A stretch of 64,000 nt of DNA, taken from the NCBI RefSeq assembly GCF_009914755.1, contig NC_060947.1. One strand, written 5' to 3'. This stretch comes from the human T2T-CHM13v2.0 reference genome, Homo sapiens. Position 1 is the stretch's first letter, and every line of letters starts with the position of its first letter. The notes beneath the pieces are model-generated. The model searched no databases. It saw nothing but the letters and a program-made list of their open reading frames with translations, and had not been told where the DNA came from. Positions 32,212-53,084 of this stretch are shown here, piece after piece. The translations under genes and the position numbers were made by a program.

Positions 32212-32412
32212 CAATATATTATTATATAATAATATATTATATTGATATGTTAATATATTAATATGTAATATATATATATTTATATATTTATATATAACAT
32301 AAATTATATATATTATATACATATATATAAATATATAATATATATAATATATTAATATATAATATATAATACATATATAATATATAATAGATATAATATA
32401 ATACTATAATAT
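32212..32412. repeat. AT-rich (TA)n-like low-complexity tract flanking the palindrome
   Basis: Almost exclusively A/T. Confidence 0.85.
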
Positions 32413-32692
32413 GTTGCAGACTCTCGAGCTCTTCTCAGATCTATAGCATTTATATTCAGTACTTCTACATCTTTGTAATAACTTATATACTGACTTAAGT
32501 TCTATTATTATCACATGCTGGTGTTTATGTTAACTAGTTCAGGCTCTCTGGAGAGCAGAGCCTGCCTTATGTTGATTTTGTATCCTCAAAGCCCCCAGCA
32601 TAGTTTTAGGTGAGGATATAGAGGGCACTTGATATTCTATTGATTTTATGATTGGATTTTAAATACTTATTTCTGTTTTCCCTGTTCTTTAG

Positions 32693-32929
<237 letters not shown>

Positions 32930-32939
32930 TAGATCAAGA

Positions 32940-33560
<621 letters not shown>

Positions 33561-33579
33561 TCTCTAGTTTAAATTTGAG

Positions 33580-34800
33580 GACTGCCACATACTATGTGAC
33601 CTGGAGCAAGTTACTTCCTTAGCCTCTCAGTGCCTCAGTTTCTGCAAATCTGGTGGAGTAAATATTGTTACCTAGCTCATAGGATTTTTATGAGGATTAA
33701 ATGAGATGATTAAATAACAAGCTTGTTAGATTTTACAGAACAGATAACACAGTTTATGTTTTTCATGCTCCAGTATGCCCACTTATTTTAAAAATGAGAG
33801 ATGTGTCAAGGTTTAGTGGAAAGCATTGACTTTGGAATCAGGCCTACCTGCACTTAAATCATAGCTTAAATCCTTACATGCCCTGTGACCCTAAGCAAGT
33901 CACTCAATCTGACTGAACCTGTTCCCTTATTTGTGAAATGAGACTGAGTATTTCACTTTGCAGAGTTACCCTGAGGATTAAAATAAGGCGTGTATAGTGC
34001 CTATAGTGCCTGACACAATGTGTAGCACAAGATAGATACTTCCTACATGATAGTTATTATTCAACATCTCCATACTTTTGGGTTTATTGGATGAAATAGC
34101 TCTGAACTAAACCACAATTGGGACTGCTTGACTCAGTAGCCTTCATTGTAATATGGGAAATCCTTGGTCCTATTTATATCTTTACTGTCATGGTCTGTCC
34201 CATTAGAGTTGTTTACTGGAGATAAGATTATTAGTGGGGAAACAACCATAAGCAGCTTGTTGAAAAATGTCATCAATAATGTGAAAATCTAATAGGAATA
34301 CTGTGTATGCTTCCTGTAAAAGTCTGCTATATAATTACTTTTGCATGTTAGAGTCAGCCATCATTACACATTAGGTCCTTTACTATTTGCTTTTATATGA
34401 GATGGCATTTGGAAACCCACCTTCCCCCAGAACATTGTTCTAATTTGTGTGCCAATATACCTGAAATTCCCCCATTGGTATTGATTCTTCTGGGTCAAAG
34501 CATCCGTTTTCTTTAAGTCTTTTATTCAAATATAGACAAATTAATAAATATGAAGACTTAGAACACTGTCTGGCACATAATAAGTGCTCAATAAAGGATT
34601 AACTAGTACTCTAATGGTTATGATCTCTTTCATCCTCTACAAAGTAGGGATTTTTATCATAGGCATTTTACAGATGAGAAACATGAGGCACAGAAAGGTT
34701 AAATAGCTTTTCCAAAGCCACACAGTGAATTATTGATAAAGTCAAGATTTGTATCTAAGGCATTCAACTCTAGAGCCCATACACATGGCTATTACTGTAT
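33580..34800. mobile_element. Cluster of MIR fragments
   Basis: tgtgacc...caagttactt...gcctcagtttc...tgaggattaaatgaga; ttttacagatgagaaacatgaggcacagaaaggttaaa. Confidence 0.65.
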
Positions 34801-34904
34801 CTTGCTTCCTAGGACCAGTGGTAAAGCATCCAGCCATTAACATCTTAGTATGAATTGTTTTGGCATTCACCCAAGGGAGACTGAGAGATTTAAAAGTCCC
34901 ATCA

Positions 34905-35197
34905 AAGACAGTGGTTCATGCCTGTAATCCTAGCACTTTGGGCGGCATAAGTGGGTGGATCACTTGAGCCCAGGAGCTCGAGACCAGCCTAGGCAACATG
35001 GCAAAATCCTGTCCCTACAAAAATATAAAAAATTAGTTAGGTGTGGTGGCACACATCTGTAGTCCCAGCTACTTGGGAGGCTGAGGTGGGAGGATCACCT
35101 GAGCCTGGGAGGTCGAGGCTGCAGTGAACCAGTGAACCAAGACCGTACCACTGCATTCCAGCCTGGGCAATAGAGTGAGACCCTGTCCCAAAAAATA
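34905..35197 (+). mobile_element. AluJ-like
   Basis: Alu consensus. Confidence 0.85.
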
Positions 35198-35645
35198 AGA
35201 AGTACCATCAAAGTCCATTCCATAAACTTCTGTTAAACTAGGTAAACCCTGGTCAAAAACAAAGAAAGTTGCTGAGGCACTGGACTTGGAAGTCCAGCCA
35301 ACTAAAATAGACTAGTGAAAAGGAATGAGAAATCATCAAAGAAAAACATGATTTATTCTCACCTTTGCCACAGCTACAACCTAGAAAGCATATTTAAAAT
35401 GGAGACCTGACTACCATTGTATCAGTTCACTATTATGAAAATAGTTTTAGATCTGGCTATGCTATGAGTTTTGAAAAATTGTTTACGTCTAACCAAGAAA
35501 GATCCTTTAAAATTTGAAATAGGGCCTTTCAAGTTACTATTTCAGCAGAAGAATGTAAACCCCTCATGTATGAAGGGTACATTATGATGGTACAGTGTAG
35601 AATCTTTAAAAGAAGCATTTCATGTGAGTGCTTATATACTTATAA

Positions 35646-35843
<198 letters not shown>

Positions 35844-37120
35844 TAATAAATTAGAACCACCTTTGCTATCAGGGAAGTTTAAACTCTTAAACTGTCATTG
35901 GATTCACAACTTTTGTTAGTATAGAATGTACGGAATGTGAGTTTTATGAGTTAAGGGCTTTGTCTTATACATCACTATATCTCTAGTACCTAGAACACTG
36001 CCTGGTACATAGCATATATTCAATATCAGTTTAGTGGATGGATGAATGAATATACTATGTATTCATAGTTGTTATGGCAAGTCGAATCTGAATTTTTTTT
36101 TTCTGGGCTTCATTTCCAAACTTGCTCAGAAAATACATAGATCCTTTATTTCTTAACAATTGTCACCACTTTTAATATTGGTTAAAAAAGCACTGAATTT
36201 GAAATTTCACAAAATTTCACTTAGAATAGCTAACAGTTGCCTGATCCATTGCCAATGGATGAGAAATGGCACAGAAGGGATTCATTATTTGATGGTTTTG
36301 TGAGTTTTGAAAATTATCTGTTAACACCAAGGCTGTCACTCTTAAGCACCATTTTGCTGAGGCCAAACCCAAGACTCTGACCACTGTTCCACTTTCTTTC
36401 CTATATGCTTAAAACTTATAGCACTGTAAAAATTCATCTGTTGCTTTGTTGCGTAGAGTGCAGGTTCTGATCTTCAGTGACACATGTATACAAGGGAAGA
36501 AGAATCCTTTGCCAATAGGACTTTTCCTCCCAGAAGAATGAATCATCCCCATTCTTGGGAAAGGTCATCTTCCAGCACAGTTTGACAACATTGTGTAAAA
36601 TCTGAAAAAGATTAAAAGCTCATAGTCACAGCATATTTGATGTTTGGATGTGTAGAATCTAAGTACCAAAAAATATTCCCATAGGAATGTTGCTTGTACT
36701 GAAAAATAACAGCGTGTAGTGCCAGCCGCTCTCAGGCTGGGAAAGTTTGCTTTCCAGCCAGTTCTACTAGTTCCGCAGGGGATCAGTATATGCTCCAGCT
36801 AATCTTGTGAGCATAGAAACAAGTTACACCACTTATGCTTATACTCTAAGGAATTGTTTTTACCAGTTGTTACCATCCTTAGTACTATGTTATATAGGTA
36901 GATTGGTAAGTTTTTCTAGGTAAATGGGGCTTGTATATTCTCTCCTTGATAGGAAATCTTTTTCTTTTCCATATCTCATTTATGAAATGACTTAGTTTTA
37001 TTCTGTTATGGCAGTCATTACCAACAAACCCTATTACGAAAAGATACAGCTTTCCCCTGGTAAATGGGATCTCTATTAATGTATAGAAAGGAACTTTATG
37101 TATATAATTATTATTTTTAA

Positions 37121-37566
<446 letters not shown>

Positions 37567-38349
37567 TAATTGTGATTACTCCTGTGGGGGTTAAGAGGAT
37601 GCAATAGGACTTCCTTAGCAGTGGCTAGGGTAAAGAGGAAACTCTGGTATTCTTGGTGCCAAAAACAAACTTTGAAAGCTTAATGATCTCTCTAAACTTT
37701 CTGGAACGTTCTGTGATTCATGACCTCCCATTTGTGTAAACAGAAATTTCTGCAGTATGGTTTTCACCTTAGTGTATGTGGTAGTTAGTGGATGGAGTAG
37801 GCATGCTTATCAGAATGGAAGAGTGGCCAAGAGCACCAGCTCTAGGGCCAGACTGCCTGGGTGAAAATCCTGTCTCTAACATTTACCAATTTTGAGACTT
37901 TGGTCGAGCATTTAAACACTTTTTTATAATAGTGCTTAACTCATAGGGTTATCGTAAAAATTAAAACATGTAAAGAACCCAGACTAGTGCTTGGCACATA
38001 GTAAGCTATTAGTTTTTAGTTACTGTTACAAGAAAACGGCAAACAAAGATCACTCCCATGGCTGTGCAATTCACAATGGAGGATCTGGGATTCAAAACCA
38101 GGTAGTCTGGCTCCAGAGCTAATGCTTTTATGTCCTGTGAATGTACTGCCACCAAGGTTAGAGCCTTTGAAGCCTGGGCTAGTTACATATTTAAAAAATA
38201 ATTTATTTAAAATTATTTCAGTGTACTATATGCAATACCAAGAACTGTAACAGGAAGTGAAAATCATATGTCCTCAGCATTGGATGACAAGCCTTAGAGC
38301 ACATCGATATTGTTGTTCAACTTGTCTTTTTTGTTTGTTTTGAAATTAG

Positions 38350-38574
<225 letters not shown>

Positions 38575-38651
38575 TAAAGTTTTGTTCTAAACAGCCCTTC
38601 AAAACACCTTGAGCATGTTCTGACAGTTCTTTCTCTGTCATCCTTTTTCAG

Positions 38652-38709
38652 GCTGCGATGTGTTATGTCCATGTAGCAGCTCTAGTTGCAGAGTTTCTTC
38701 ATCGAAAAA
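38652..38709 (+). CDS. DOCK11: DOCK11 exon (AAMCYVHVAALVAEFLHRK)
   Basis: Follows an 86-nt intron; ttttcag acceptor, gtaaga donor; 58 nt, phase 0->1. Confidence 0.93.
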
Positions 38710-38931
38710 GTAAGATATTTCTGTTTTTAGAGATGGGGGGATTTTCATTTAGCATAATAGTTTTTTATCTTTGTAGTTTAGCTATGAATATGATATAATA
38801 GAACACTGAAAAATATGTTCACCCTTGGCCTTATTCAGTGTTAAAAATAAGCTGTTATAAAAGAAGACTGGATTGTTTGTTGTCCCTTCTGCTTTCATTA
38901 GAGATTACAAGAAAAGTTAAATAGTACAGGG

Positions 38932-39080
38932 TGGCCAGGTGCAGTGGCTCTTGCCTGTAATCCCAGTGCTTTGGGAGGCCAAGGCTGGAGGATTGCTTGA
39001 GGCCAGGAGTTTGAGACCAGCCTGGGCAACAGAGTGTGATCCTGTACCTATTTTAAAATAAAATATAAAATATAAAAAAA
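38932..39080 (+). mobile_element. Alu left monomer (FLAM-like)
   Basis: Single monomer with A-rich tail; TSD aaatagtacaggg. Confidence 0.8.
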
Positions 39081-39754
39081 AATAGTACAGGGCCAGGCCT
39101 GATGCCCAGTGTTTATTTTCCAAGACTGTCCCTCCCTGGAAGACTGCCACAAATTAAACTCTTCTCAAGGCTCAAGTCGGGATAACACAGATTATTTGTT
39201 TCCCCGTCATGTGTCTTAACATCACCAAACTGCCCATAGACTATGTCTCTCCAGCCACTTTAGTGCAGTGATACCTGGGTACTAAAAGGGAGTCATACTC
39301 TTGAAGGGCTTTAGGTCCAGCAGCCCTGGATTCCTAATTTAAGATTCCTAATTCAGGAAATCTACTTGGAAGTGTCCCTTTCCATAAACAGTATTGTTGG
39401 CTACTGCTCAACAGTATTGTTGAACAAACTGCATCTGCTCAAATAGTAACCCAGTTGAGTTAGGTTTAAACATTGATTGGCAATGGAGCTGGCAACCAAG
39501 AAATCTCTATCTCAATGTCCAAGCTACTTCCTTTAAGGCAGTGGAATGAGTAACAATACGGCAAAATGAAACCAACTTATTAAAGGAGTCATATCACTCT
39601 GGCTTCAGCTGTACGAACACAACCATATTTTGTTTTATTTTTTAATTACAGAATTCCTACAGTTAACTGTATATCTATCATTTCACACTGAGGCTCAGTG
39701 TTTGATTGCCTCATATAACACCCATGTGGAGAATCTTTTTCTAAAAAGATTCTT

Positions 39755-40690
39755 GGCCGAGTGTGGTGACTCAGACCTGTAATGTCAACACTTTGGGAGG
39801 CATGGGTAGGTGGATCACTTGAGCCCAGGAATTTGAGACCAGCCTTGGCAGGAATGGTGAAACCCCATCTCTACAAAAAATACAAAAATTAGCTGGGCAT
39901 GGTGTCACATGCCTGTGGTTCCAGCTACGAAGGAGGGTGAGGTAGGATCATAGCTTGAGCCCAGGACACTGCACTTCAACCTGGGTGACAGGACAAGACC
40001 CTGTCTCAAAAAATAATAAATAAATAAATAAATAAATAAATGAATAAATAAATTTTTTAAAAAAGATTCTTCTTAAGTAAAATGTAGATTCATTTTACTT
40101 ATATTTTAAATTAACACTTTCTGTCTGACTCTGGAATTCTTTTGAATAATCTATGTGTTTGATATACTTTAGTTTTCTCCTTTTAGTATACATATGTGAG
40201 TTTTAAACAGAGAAGGAGATTAATTACCAAAATAAGGCCCCATTTGAGGGTTTTTTTAAAAATCACTGGTATGCATATGAAATCACAGTATAAGTAAATA
40301 TTGAAATTACACACCTGAAATTCCAAATAAACTGACAAGATATGAGAACCTTAAACGGAGTACCGTGATTTCAAGTATGTCTTCAGAGAAATAGATTAAT
40401 ATTATCTCATCTTTTTAATTAGAAATCTGGCCAGGCATGGTGGCTCACGCCTATAATCCCAGCACTTTGGGAGGCCAAGGTAGGTGATCACCTGAGGTCA
40501 GGAGTTCAAGACCACCCTAGACAACATGGTGAAACTCCGGACGTTGTGGCACACACGTGTAATCCCAACTACTCAGAAGGCTGAGGCAGGAGCGCTTGAA
40601 CCCAGGAGGCGGAGGTTGCAGTGAGCCAAGATCACGCCACTGCACTCCAGCCTGGGCAATGAGAACAAAACTCCATCTAAATAATAATAA
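39755..40690 (+). mobile_element. Two Alus (39755-40050 with (TAAA)n tail; 40429-40690 internally deleted)
   Basis: Alu consensus. Confidence 0.85.
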
Positions 40691-41154
40691 TAGCAGTAGA
40701 AATCTGAAGATTTTTATGTCCACTAAGTCTAAAACTGTACTTTTTAGACTTTGAAAATAGTTAATTATATTAAAACTATTTCCTGGAATGTTTTTGTTTT
40801 TTTCACAAGTGCAGAGACATTAAAGCTAAGCAAAAATCAAGAATTATTTGTCTTTATTATCAGTCCTTAAGCTTTAGAAATATAATTTCTTGCTATGGTT
40901 TTTCTGGATATTAGCATGGGGCAGCTAGCATAAACACCAAACTGATACATTTCAGGAAGTGGAAATAATATTTTCAACTAGCCATTTATATATTTCATAA
41001 TACCCTCAAGGTTTCTTAGAATTTATTCTTCATAGAAATCAAAGCACTCTTCACTAATGAGGAGAAAATGTTGTTTTGAATGTTAAAAAAAATGATGTTT
41101 AAGAGAATTTACATATTTATTTATAGGTGTCATCTATTTTTAAATTTCTTTTAA

Positions 41155-41720
41155 TTAAATTTTATTTTATTTTAAGTTCTGGGATACATGTGCAGGATGT
41201 GCAGGTTTGTTACATAGGTAAACATGTGCCATGGTGGTTTGCTGATGCCATCTATTTTTAAACCTGGAAAATTCTATTTGCCTAAATTAGAAAACCTTAT
41301 TCTAAAATAGTGGTAGTAGTAAAAGTCCTCAGGGTTTTCCCCACTTAGCTTCAGTGATCCAAAACACCTTTTTTTTCTTAATTAGCTGATTCAACTATGC
41401 TAGCTATACCGAGGTCGACTACCAATTTAAAACACAAGTTAAAAACGTAAACTGAGTATTATTCTAAGTGAACTAACTCAGGAATGGAAACCAAATATTG
41501 TATGTTCTTGCTTATAAGTGGGAGCTAAGCTATGAGGATTTAAAGGCATAAGAATGATATAATGGACTTTGGGGACTGGGGGTGGGGACCAGGGAGGAAT
41601 TAAAGACTACACATTGGGTACTGCTCGGGTGACAGGTACACCAAAATCTCAGAAATTACTGCTAAAGGACTTATCCATGTAACAAAAAATCACCTCTTCC
41701 TCCAAAACTATTTTTTTTAA
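41155..41720. mobile_element. Short primate L1 3'-end fragments (- 41155-41245; + 41455-41720)
   Basis: aagttctgggatacatgtgcaggatgtgcaggtttgttacatagg; gttcttgcttataagtgggagctaagctatgagga. Confidence 0.75.
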
Positions 41721-44145
41721 AAAACCTGTAATCTGTTAATCTCCCATCCATTCTGAGAAAGCATTAGTGAGCTTTTTGAAGTCTAGATAAGACCCGGCAG
41801 TTGACAGAGTAAATGAAAATACATTTGAGTGCAGAACTGAAAAAAAATCATTGAATTTACACTTAAGACCAACGTATTTGACAAAGATAATTGGGCACCT
41901 TTAGAACTCTTTGTTTTCTATCATTAAGTGCCCTTTGATAATGAAGCCAAGAGGGAAGGAGCATTAGAGTATATTTTAAATCCCTGATACATATCCATTG
42001 CCAAAAATGTTTTGTTTTCTCTAATTCCTAACCAGTTTCTCTTGAAGTACATTATAAAACATTTTTAAATCAAGATGGAATAAAATACTACTCATCAGTT
42101 GACACATTGGAAGCAGATGTTCTACTGTGTAGCGTTTTTAAGGAAAAAAAATACTTTGCCCTATTGGATCATTGCCTAAGCAGGGAAGGGCTTAGGGGCC
42201 CTTGCCCCTCAAAGGTGACTACACAGCACCCACAAGGGACCATTTCCAGATCCTTTTCTTCACTGTGTCAGGCACTGAATTGACAGGAAAAGGGAAAGGA
42301 GGTATGCAGTACTCCCTGCCCCCACCCTCACCCTACCCTCAAACTTCTTTCAGGCAGCCTGAGCTCTTGCTTGTTCTACCAAAGAGACTTAAGGATCACT
42401 ATTCTCTTCCCTTTATTGAAGGCACCTCAAAGTGATAATACTGAGTGTCAGCTATTCTCCTTCCTCCCAAAAAATATAAAATAAAAAATGTCAGAATTTG
42501 CTTATTTTTATTTTGTTTGAGAACCTCAAATTTTCTAGATCACATTCTCCCTTTTTTCTTTTCCTAAGAGAGGGTACAACTGTTTTCCCCAGGGAAGACA
42601 AGAGTCAAGTCTCTGCATTCTTTCACCACCAAATAGCATCCTAGGTTCAGCAAAGCTTCAGGCCTGCAAGGATTCACCCATCAACCCAGAAAAAGGAATT
42701 TCCTTTCCCATAGAATCTGGTTTTTTTCATTCCTTACAGGGTAATGTTGCTCTCTTTCCCAAGACGTGGTATCCAGGATCTGATAGCTTGAGTTTCATGA
42801 AGCTTTTTATTCCCTCATTCTTTCCTAGTCATAGCTTTTCCCCTTCTTATCCTCCCCTCAGGACTCTTAGCTCTTATCCTTCTTCTGACTGGCCATCCTT
42901 TTTAATCAAGGGTTGCACTGCTATCCCATCTTCCACACCCCTTCCCACTTTTTTTCACGGGATAACTTGGATTCAGGGTTATGGTCTCTATCTGAACAGT
43001 TTCCATCTTGCTTTCCCTAGAACAGCAGTCAGGAATACAGAAGTTACAGCTATAAACAGCAAGGTCAAGAGTCCTGGTCAAATACCAGAGAAACTGATAG
43101 CAGACTCTCCAGGACCACCTTCTACAGGGCTGCATAGGTCTACATGAGATCCCTCAAACAGATGCATCCTTCTGTTGGGATATGTACATTGGCCAATTCT
43201 AGACTCAGCAACTTGTTTCATCTGAAAATCTTTCTAGAACTAAGAGGAATCAGGATTTTCTCCAAGCATTTTAAAGATTCTAACAAAGGGTCGTGATGTA
43301 ATTGGATATTGATGGGTGTTGATAACTTTAGCAAAAAGGGGGAGGAATATAGTCATCTCTGGGTAGAGATCCATTATCAGGCAGATGCATTAAGATAACA
43401 CACTTAGCAAGAATATTGGACTCTGAAGCTGAAAATTCACAATAGTAGTCTTTGCACTAGATAACCCAGACACGACTTTCAAAAGTGGGTGTTTATGTCT
43501 TTGTTCCTGAGATAAAACATAATTTTCCCTACTTCTACTTAAGATACACCGGAAGACTCTAGCAAGATGCTTTTAGCCTCATCTCATCTGGCATAGGAGT
43601 GTGCCTTTCTTCATCCTCCCTTAAATCCCAGCATTCTAGAAAAGCCCTACATTTGGAAATGACTTAAAGTAATAATCTCTTTTGAACAGATGGGAATTTT
43701 TTTTCTCCCAGTCATGGACCTAGCTGCCTGAGGCCTTCAGGGATTCACTATCTTCTTCAATAAAGGCTATGTTCTTTGTCTCTTCACTCAAGTCTTGGGC
43801 CCTCTTCTTTACGGCCTGGCTCTTGACCTGATAGTGCTGATCAAGTGGGATGGTTTCTTCTACATTTCAAAAAGTTCTCCTAATGCGCTACTACACAAAG
43901 AGTATCCCACAGACCAGCTGCTAGTCTGAGAACTATTTATCACATGTTTACAACAAGATAAGGAGTATTGTCCTGAATGTAAATTAACCATGTCACTAAA
44001 CACTCTGTTTGTTCAACTGACTTGTTCCTTTTAATAGAAAGACTTTGTTGAAGAAGGAAATGAGGAATTGATTTACATTCTGGTGAAAGTTCCTTATCTT
44101 TTTATGGTCCAGTACTTTGAATAGAACTCTCTAGAGGTCTTGTAA

Positions 44146-44972
<827 letters not shown>

Positions 44973-46401
44973 AGTATTTCAAAATAATCCTATCTTCCCC
45001 TAGCAGACTTTCATCTTTCTCTCAAAGAAGTGTGGTTCCTACTTCTGTGTGTGGTTCCTACCCATGTTCTGTTAAGCAGCTTACCCAGAAGATACATGTC
45101 TAGTGATTAGGTTTCATTTAGACAAGAAGAGTTGGAAAAATCCAAGCCCTGATATATAACCTCTTTTCCACCAGAATTCTGAGAAATCTCTTCAACATGA
45201 GGTCTGATTTTTTTTTTAAACCTTCCTTCTTCCTTCCCCAACCTCTAACAGGAAGATTACCAGATACTTAATTGTAAGTAAAGGTCATTATTTGTAAGTA
45301 TCACTGTTAGGTTGTAGAACAGTAGATTGCAACAGCCATTTTTTTGTGTCTGTGTGACTAGCTCCTATCGGAAGGAAACTTTTTCATTGAAACGTTTTCA
45401 ATGGTTATGTTATAAAGAGGCAGAATTTTCCTTGAACTCTAAAATTACAGCCCACTTAGATAAAGGTAAAGGCAGACACAGTAGGAATGTTTACACATGT
45501 TCCCCTGTCTAGAATCTATAGGGGAACCATGTGGCCTTTACACCTCGACTGTTGCTTGACAGTAACAATTTGGTCCAGAAGCCTACAGCAGGTGTTCTCA
45601 GCTTGAGTTCACTTCCTACTTCCCAGGAGTCCAGCTGGCAGCCATTATTTTATTCTACCTTGAGAAGGCTAGTTTATTTATTGGTAGGCTTATTTGCTAG
45701 TAATAATTCATTGAGTACTTATTTACTAGGCTCCATTCTAAACACTTTACATTTCATTTAATTCTCATAGCATAGTTATTTATTATCCCTGTTTTACAGA
45801 TGATAAAACTTTTTATAGTCCCAGGGAGATAAACATTAGCACAAAATCACACAGTTAGTGATAGAGCTGAGTCTATGTAACTCCAAAAGTGGTGGTTCTT
45901 CCAGTGCCCCATCCTGTTTTCTCTAGGATGCTTCATCCCTGCCATCTGTTTTATTTCCTGACTCTCTTAAAAGTCCTAGGCCAGACCTTCTCCAACATCT
46001 CACTTCCTCTCCCAAATCTCAGTGAAATTAGGCACTAGACATGGTTACCAAAGATCACTTAGTGGTTACCTGAAAAGTGCCTGCCCTCTTGTTTAGATGA
46101 TAGAACACAAATGTATACAGGATCAAAGTTTAAATAAAAATGTTTAGATTGCACTAGGTAAACATCTATCCTAGCCATTGAAGATGATACATAGTCAAAG
46201 AATAAAAGTTATTCATAACTAACTTAAGCTCACTTTGTAGGGGGAGAAACTAATAAAATATGTAGCAAATGGAAACAAATTTAAAAATTTTTGTAAGTGA
46301 AAATTGTACTTAAGACTTTGATTCTTACAAAAATAATGTGTTTATTTTAAATAGCCCATCTCTGTAAGGCTCACTGTTATTTACTAAATGCTTTCTCATA
46401 A

Positions 46402-46572
<171 letters not shown>

Positions 46573-46934
46573 TAAATTTCACTTCTTAAAATTCATATAT
46601 ATTAAACAATTATTACAGCTAACCTAATTTTGAAGGTAACTAAGGGTTAATGAACTTTAAGTATTAAAACTGTCCAGGGCAAAGATGTTCCTGTTTAGAG
46701 GGCCCTGTCTCTTGAACTGGTCCCATTGTCTAGTTTCAGAAATACAGCATTTGCCGTCCTCAAGTCACCATTCCAATAACTAGATAAGAGTCAACACATG
46801 TTGGAAATTTTTCCATAAAAAATAGAGTTAACATTGCTCTTTACTTCAACTAAGACAGACTATGCACAAAAGTATTTTTAAATGGAAAATTTCTGCTCTA
46901 AACACCACATGGATAGAAAACAGCTTTGGCTGTC

Positions 46935-48560
<1,626 letters not shown>

Positions 48561-49663
48561 GTTCACAAAGAGTGTGAACGTAGAAAACAAGAAAGAAACA
48601 CAGAAAAGAGATTGAAGTTACAGTCCCATAAAATTACATTTCTTAAAAAAATTGTATTAAACAATGAGATGAAAATTACAGTGACACACTTCATAAACAC
48701 TTTATGAATTGATTTTTTAAAATACACAAATCTCAACTTAGCTCTGGCTTATTTAGTTAAATTAATGATACACCTAGAAGCTTTACCTACTATTTCTACA
48801 TAGTCTGTCTCCCTATCAGTAAAATAAGGACAATAATACTATCGTGGTCACTTCACAATACATGCGAAAACTTAAAAAGTCATGAAGTGTGAGAATAATG
48901 TCAGGTTTTATCATTGACCTACTTGGCAGTGAGATTTCTTAAAAGCAAGTTGGTGTCCTTTTACCCTCAGAACCTACAAGGATAGATACTTAAAATATGT
49001 TTGTTGAATTGATTGATCATAACAGAGATGCAAGATACTTGAATTTTTATTCCAGCTTAATTTTTGACTGTATAGCCTTGGACAAGTTAATTCATGTTTC
49101 TGGATATTAGTTAGATGATTTCCCAGAGACCTGCAGGTTTTACAGGCTGACAGCAGGAAGATTCAGAGGATTTCATGGGGCTTAACTGGTTCAGTACAAC
49201 TGAACTTATATCCTTGCCTTCTAAACAGCAGCTTCAGTGTATTCATAGAAATGGCTTTGAGCTTGACCCTTTTTTATACTCTTAAGGAGAGCAATAACTT
49301 TTCTTAATAATCAAAAACTGTAATTAGTTTTCTGTATAAACACATTTGTTGGAAATCTTTTGGGTTCTACAAGTAATTTATACATACTTCTATTTGATAT
49401 ATACAGGTAGAATCATGTTTTACCAAGTGCCACTTTATTTTTCAGTTTGCATAATAAGGCTTCTTCCTTAAACCCTAGCCAATTAAAAAAACTGACACTG
49501 ATTTAGAAGTTACATTGAAATGAAAAATACAAACAGTTGTCCATTTAGTGCTTGTATTTAAATATGTGAGTTAAACCGGTAATAACGCAATGTAACTTGT
49601 TTCCAAAAATGTATTTCTGACTTGATTTGCAACAGTTTTTTTTTTCTGCATGACACCACCTCA

Positions 49664-52200
<2,537 letters not shown>

Positions 52201-53084
52201 TAAGTGTGCACCTTATTTTTAATTCCCCCAATGTTTGTCCCAAAATTGCTGGAAATTTTAATTTGGCTAGCAGATGTTAATATACAGATGTTTTATTCAA
52301 GTAGCAACATTTATTTCACATATACTATCCAGTGACACTAAAATAATTACTGGAAAAGCCAATGTAAGTAAAATATTGTCCCTACTCTCAAAGAATCACA
52401 GCCTATTGGAAAAGTCAGATATGTAGATAATACGTAAATAATGTACAAATATAGTGATAAATCTTTGCCAAAAAAGTAGTGAAATAGAAAAAAAGATGTG
52501 TAGTGTCTTGCCTACCCTATATTGATAAGGAGAAGGATCCTGGAAAAGGTGATACCTAAAGTGTTTTAAAGAGATTAACCAAGTAGAAGGGATTAAAGGG
52601 AGGAGGGGCACAGCCTGAACAAAGACATAAAGCTAAGACACACCATTGTGCTTCAGGGAAACTGCTAGTAGTTCGCTGTTGTTATAACATAAAGTACAAA
52701 GTTTGGTATGATGAATGATGAGATTATGGAAGTATCAGCCACATCATTGCAAGCTTTATGTGCCACATGAAGGAGCGTGTCCGTTGTTCTGTGAGTGATG
52801 CGGAGCCATTGCCAGATTTTAAGAAAGGGAGAGTGGCACGCTCAGGTTTGCATTTTAATCAGAACCCTATGGCAGATGTGTGGAAGATGTATTTGAAAGG
52901 GCTAAGACTGGAGGCAGGAAGATAAATTAAGAAAAAACAATAGTGAAATTTTGCACCTTAGCAATGAGAGAAATGGAGAGAAAGGGTCAGATTTGAGAAA
53001 TATTTAGGAAATAAAACTGGCAGGACTTGGTGATGAACTCATTAGAGAATGAGTAAAGAAAGAGGGTGTAATAGTTGCGTAGAT

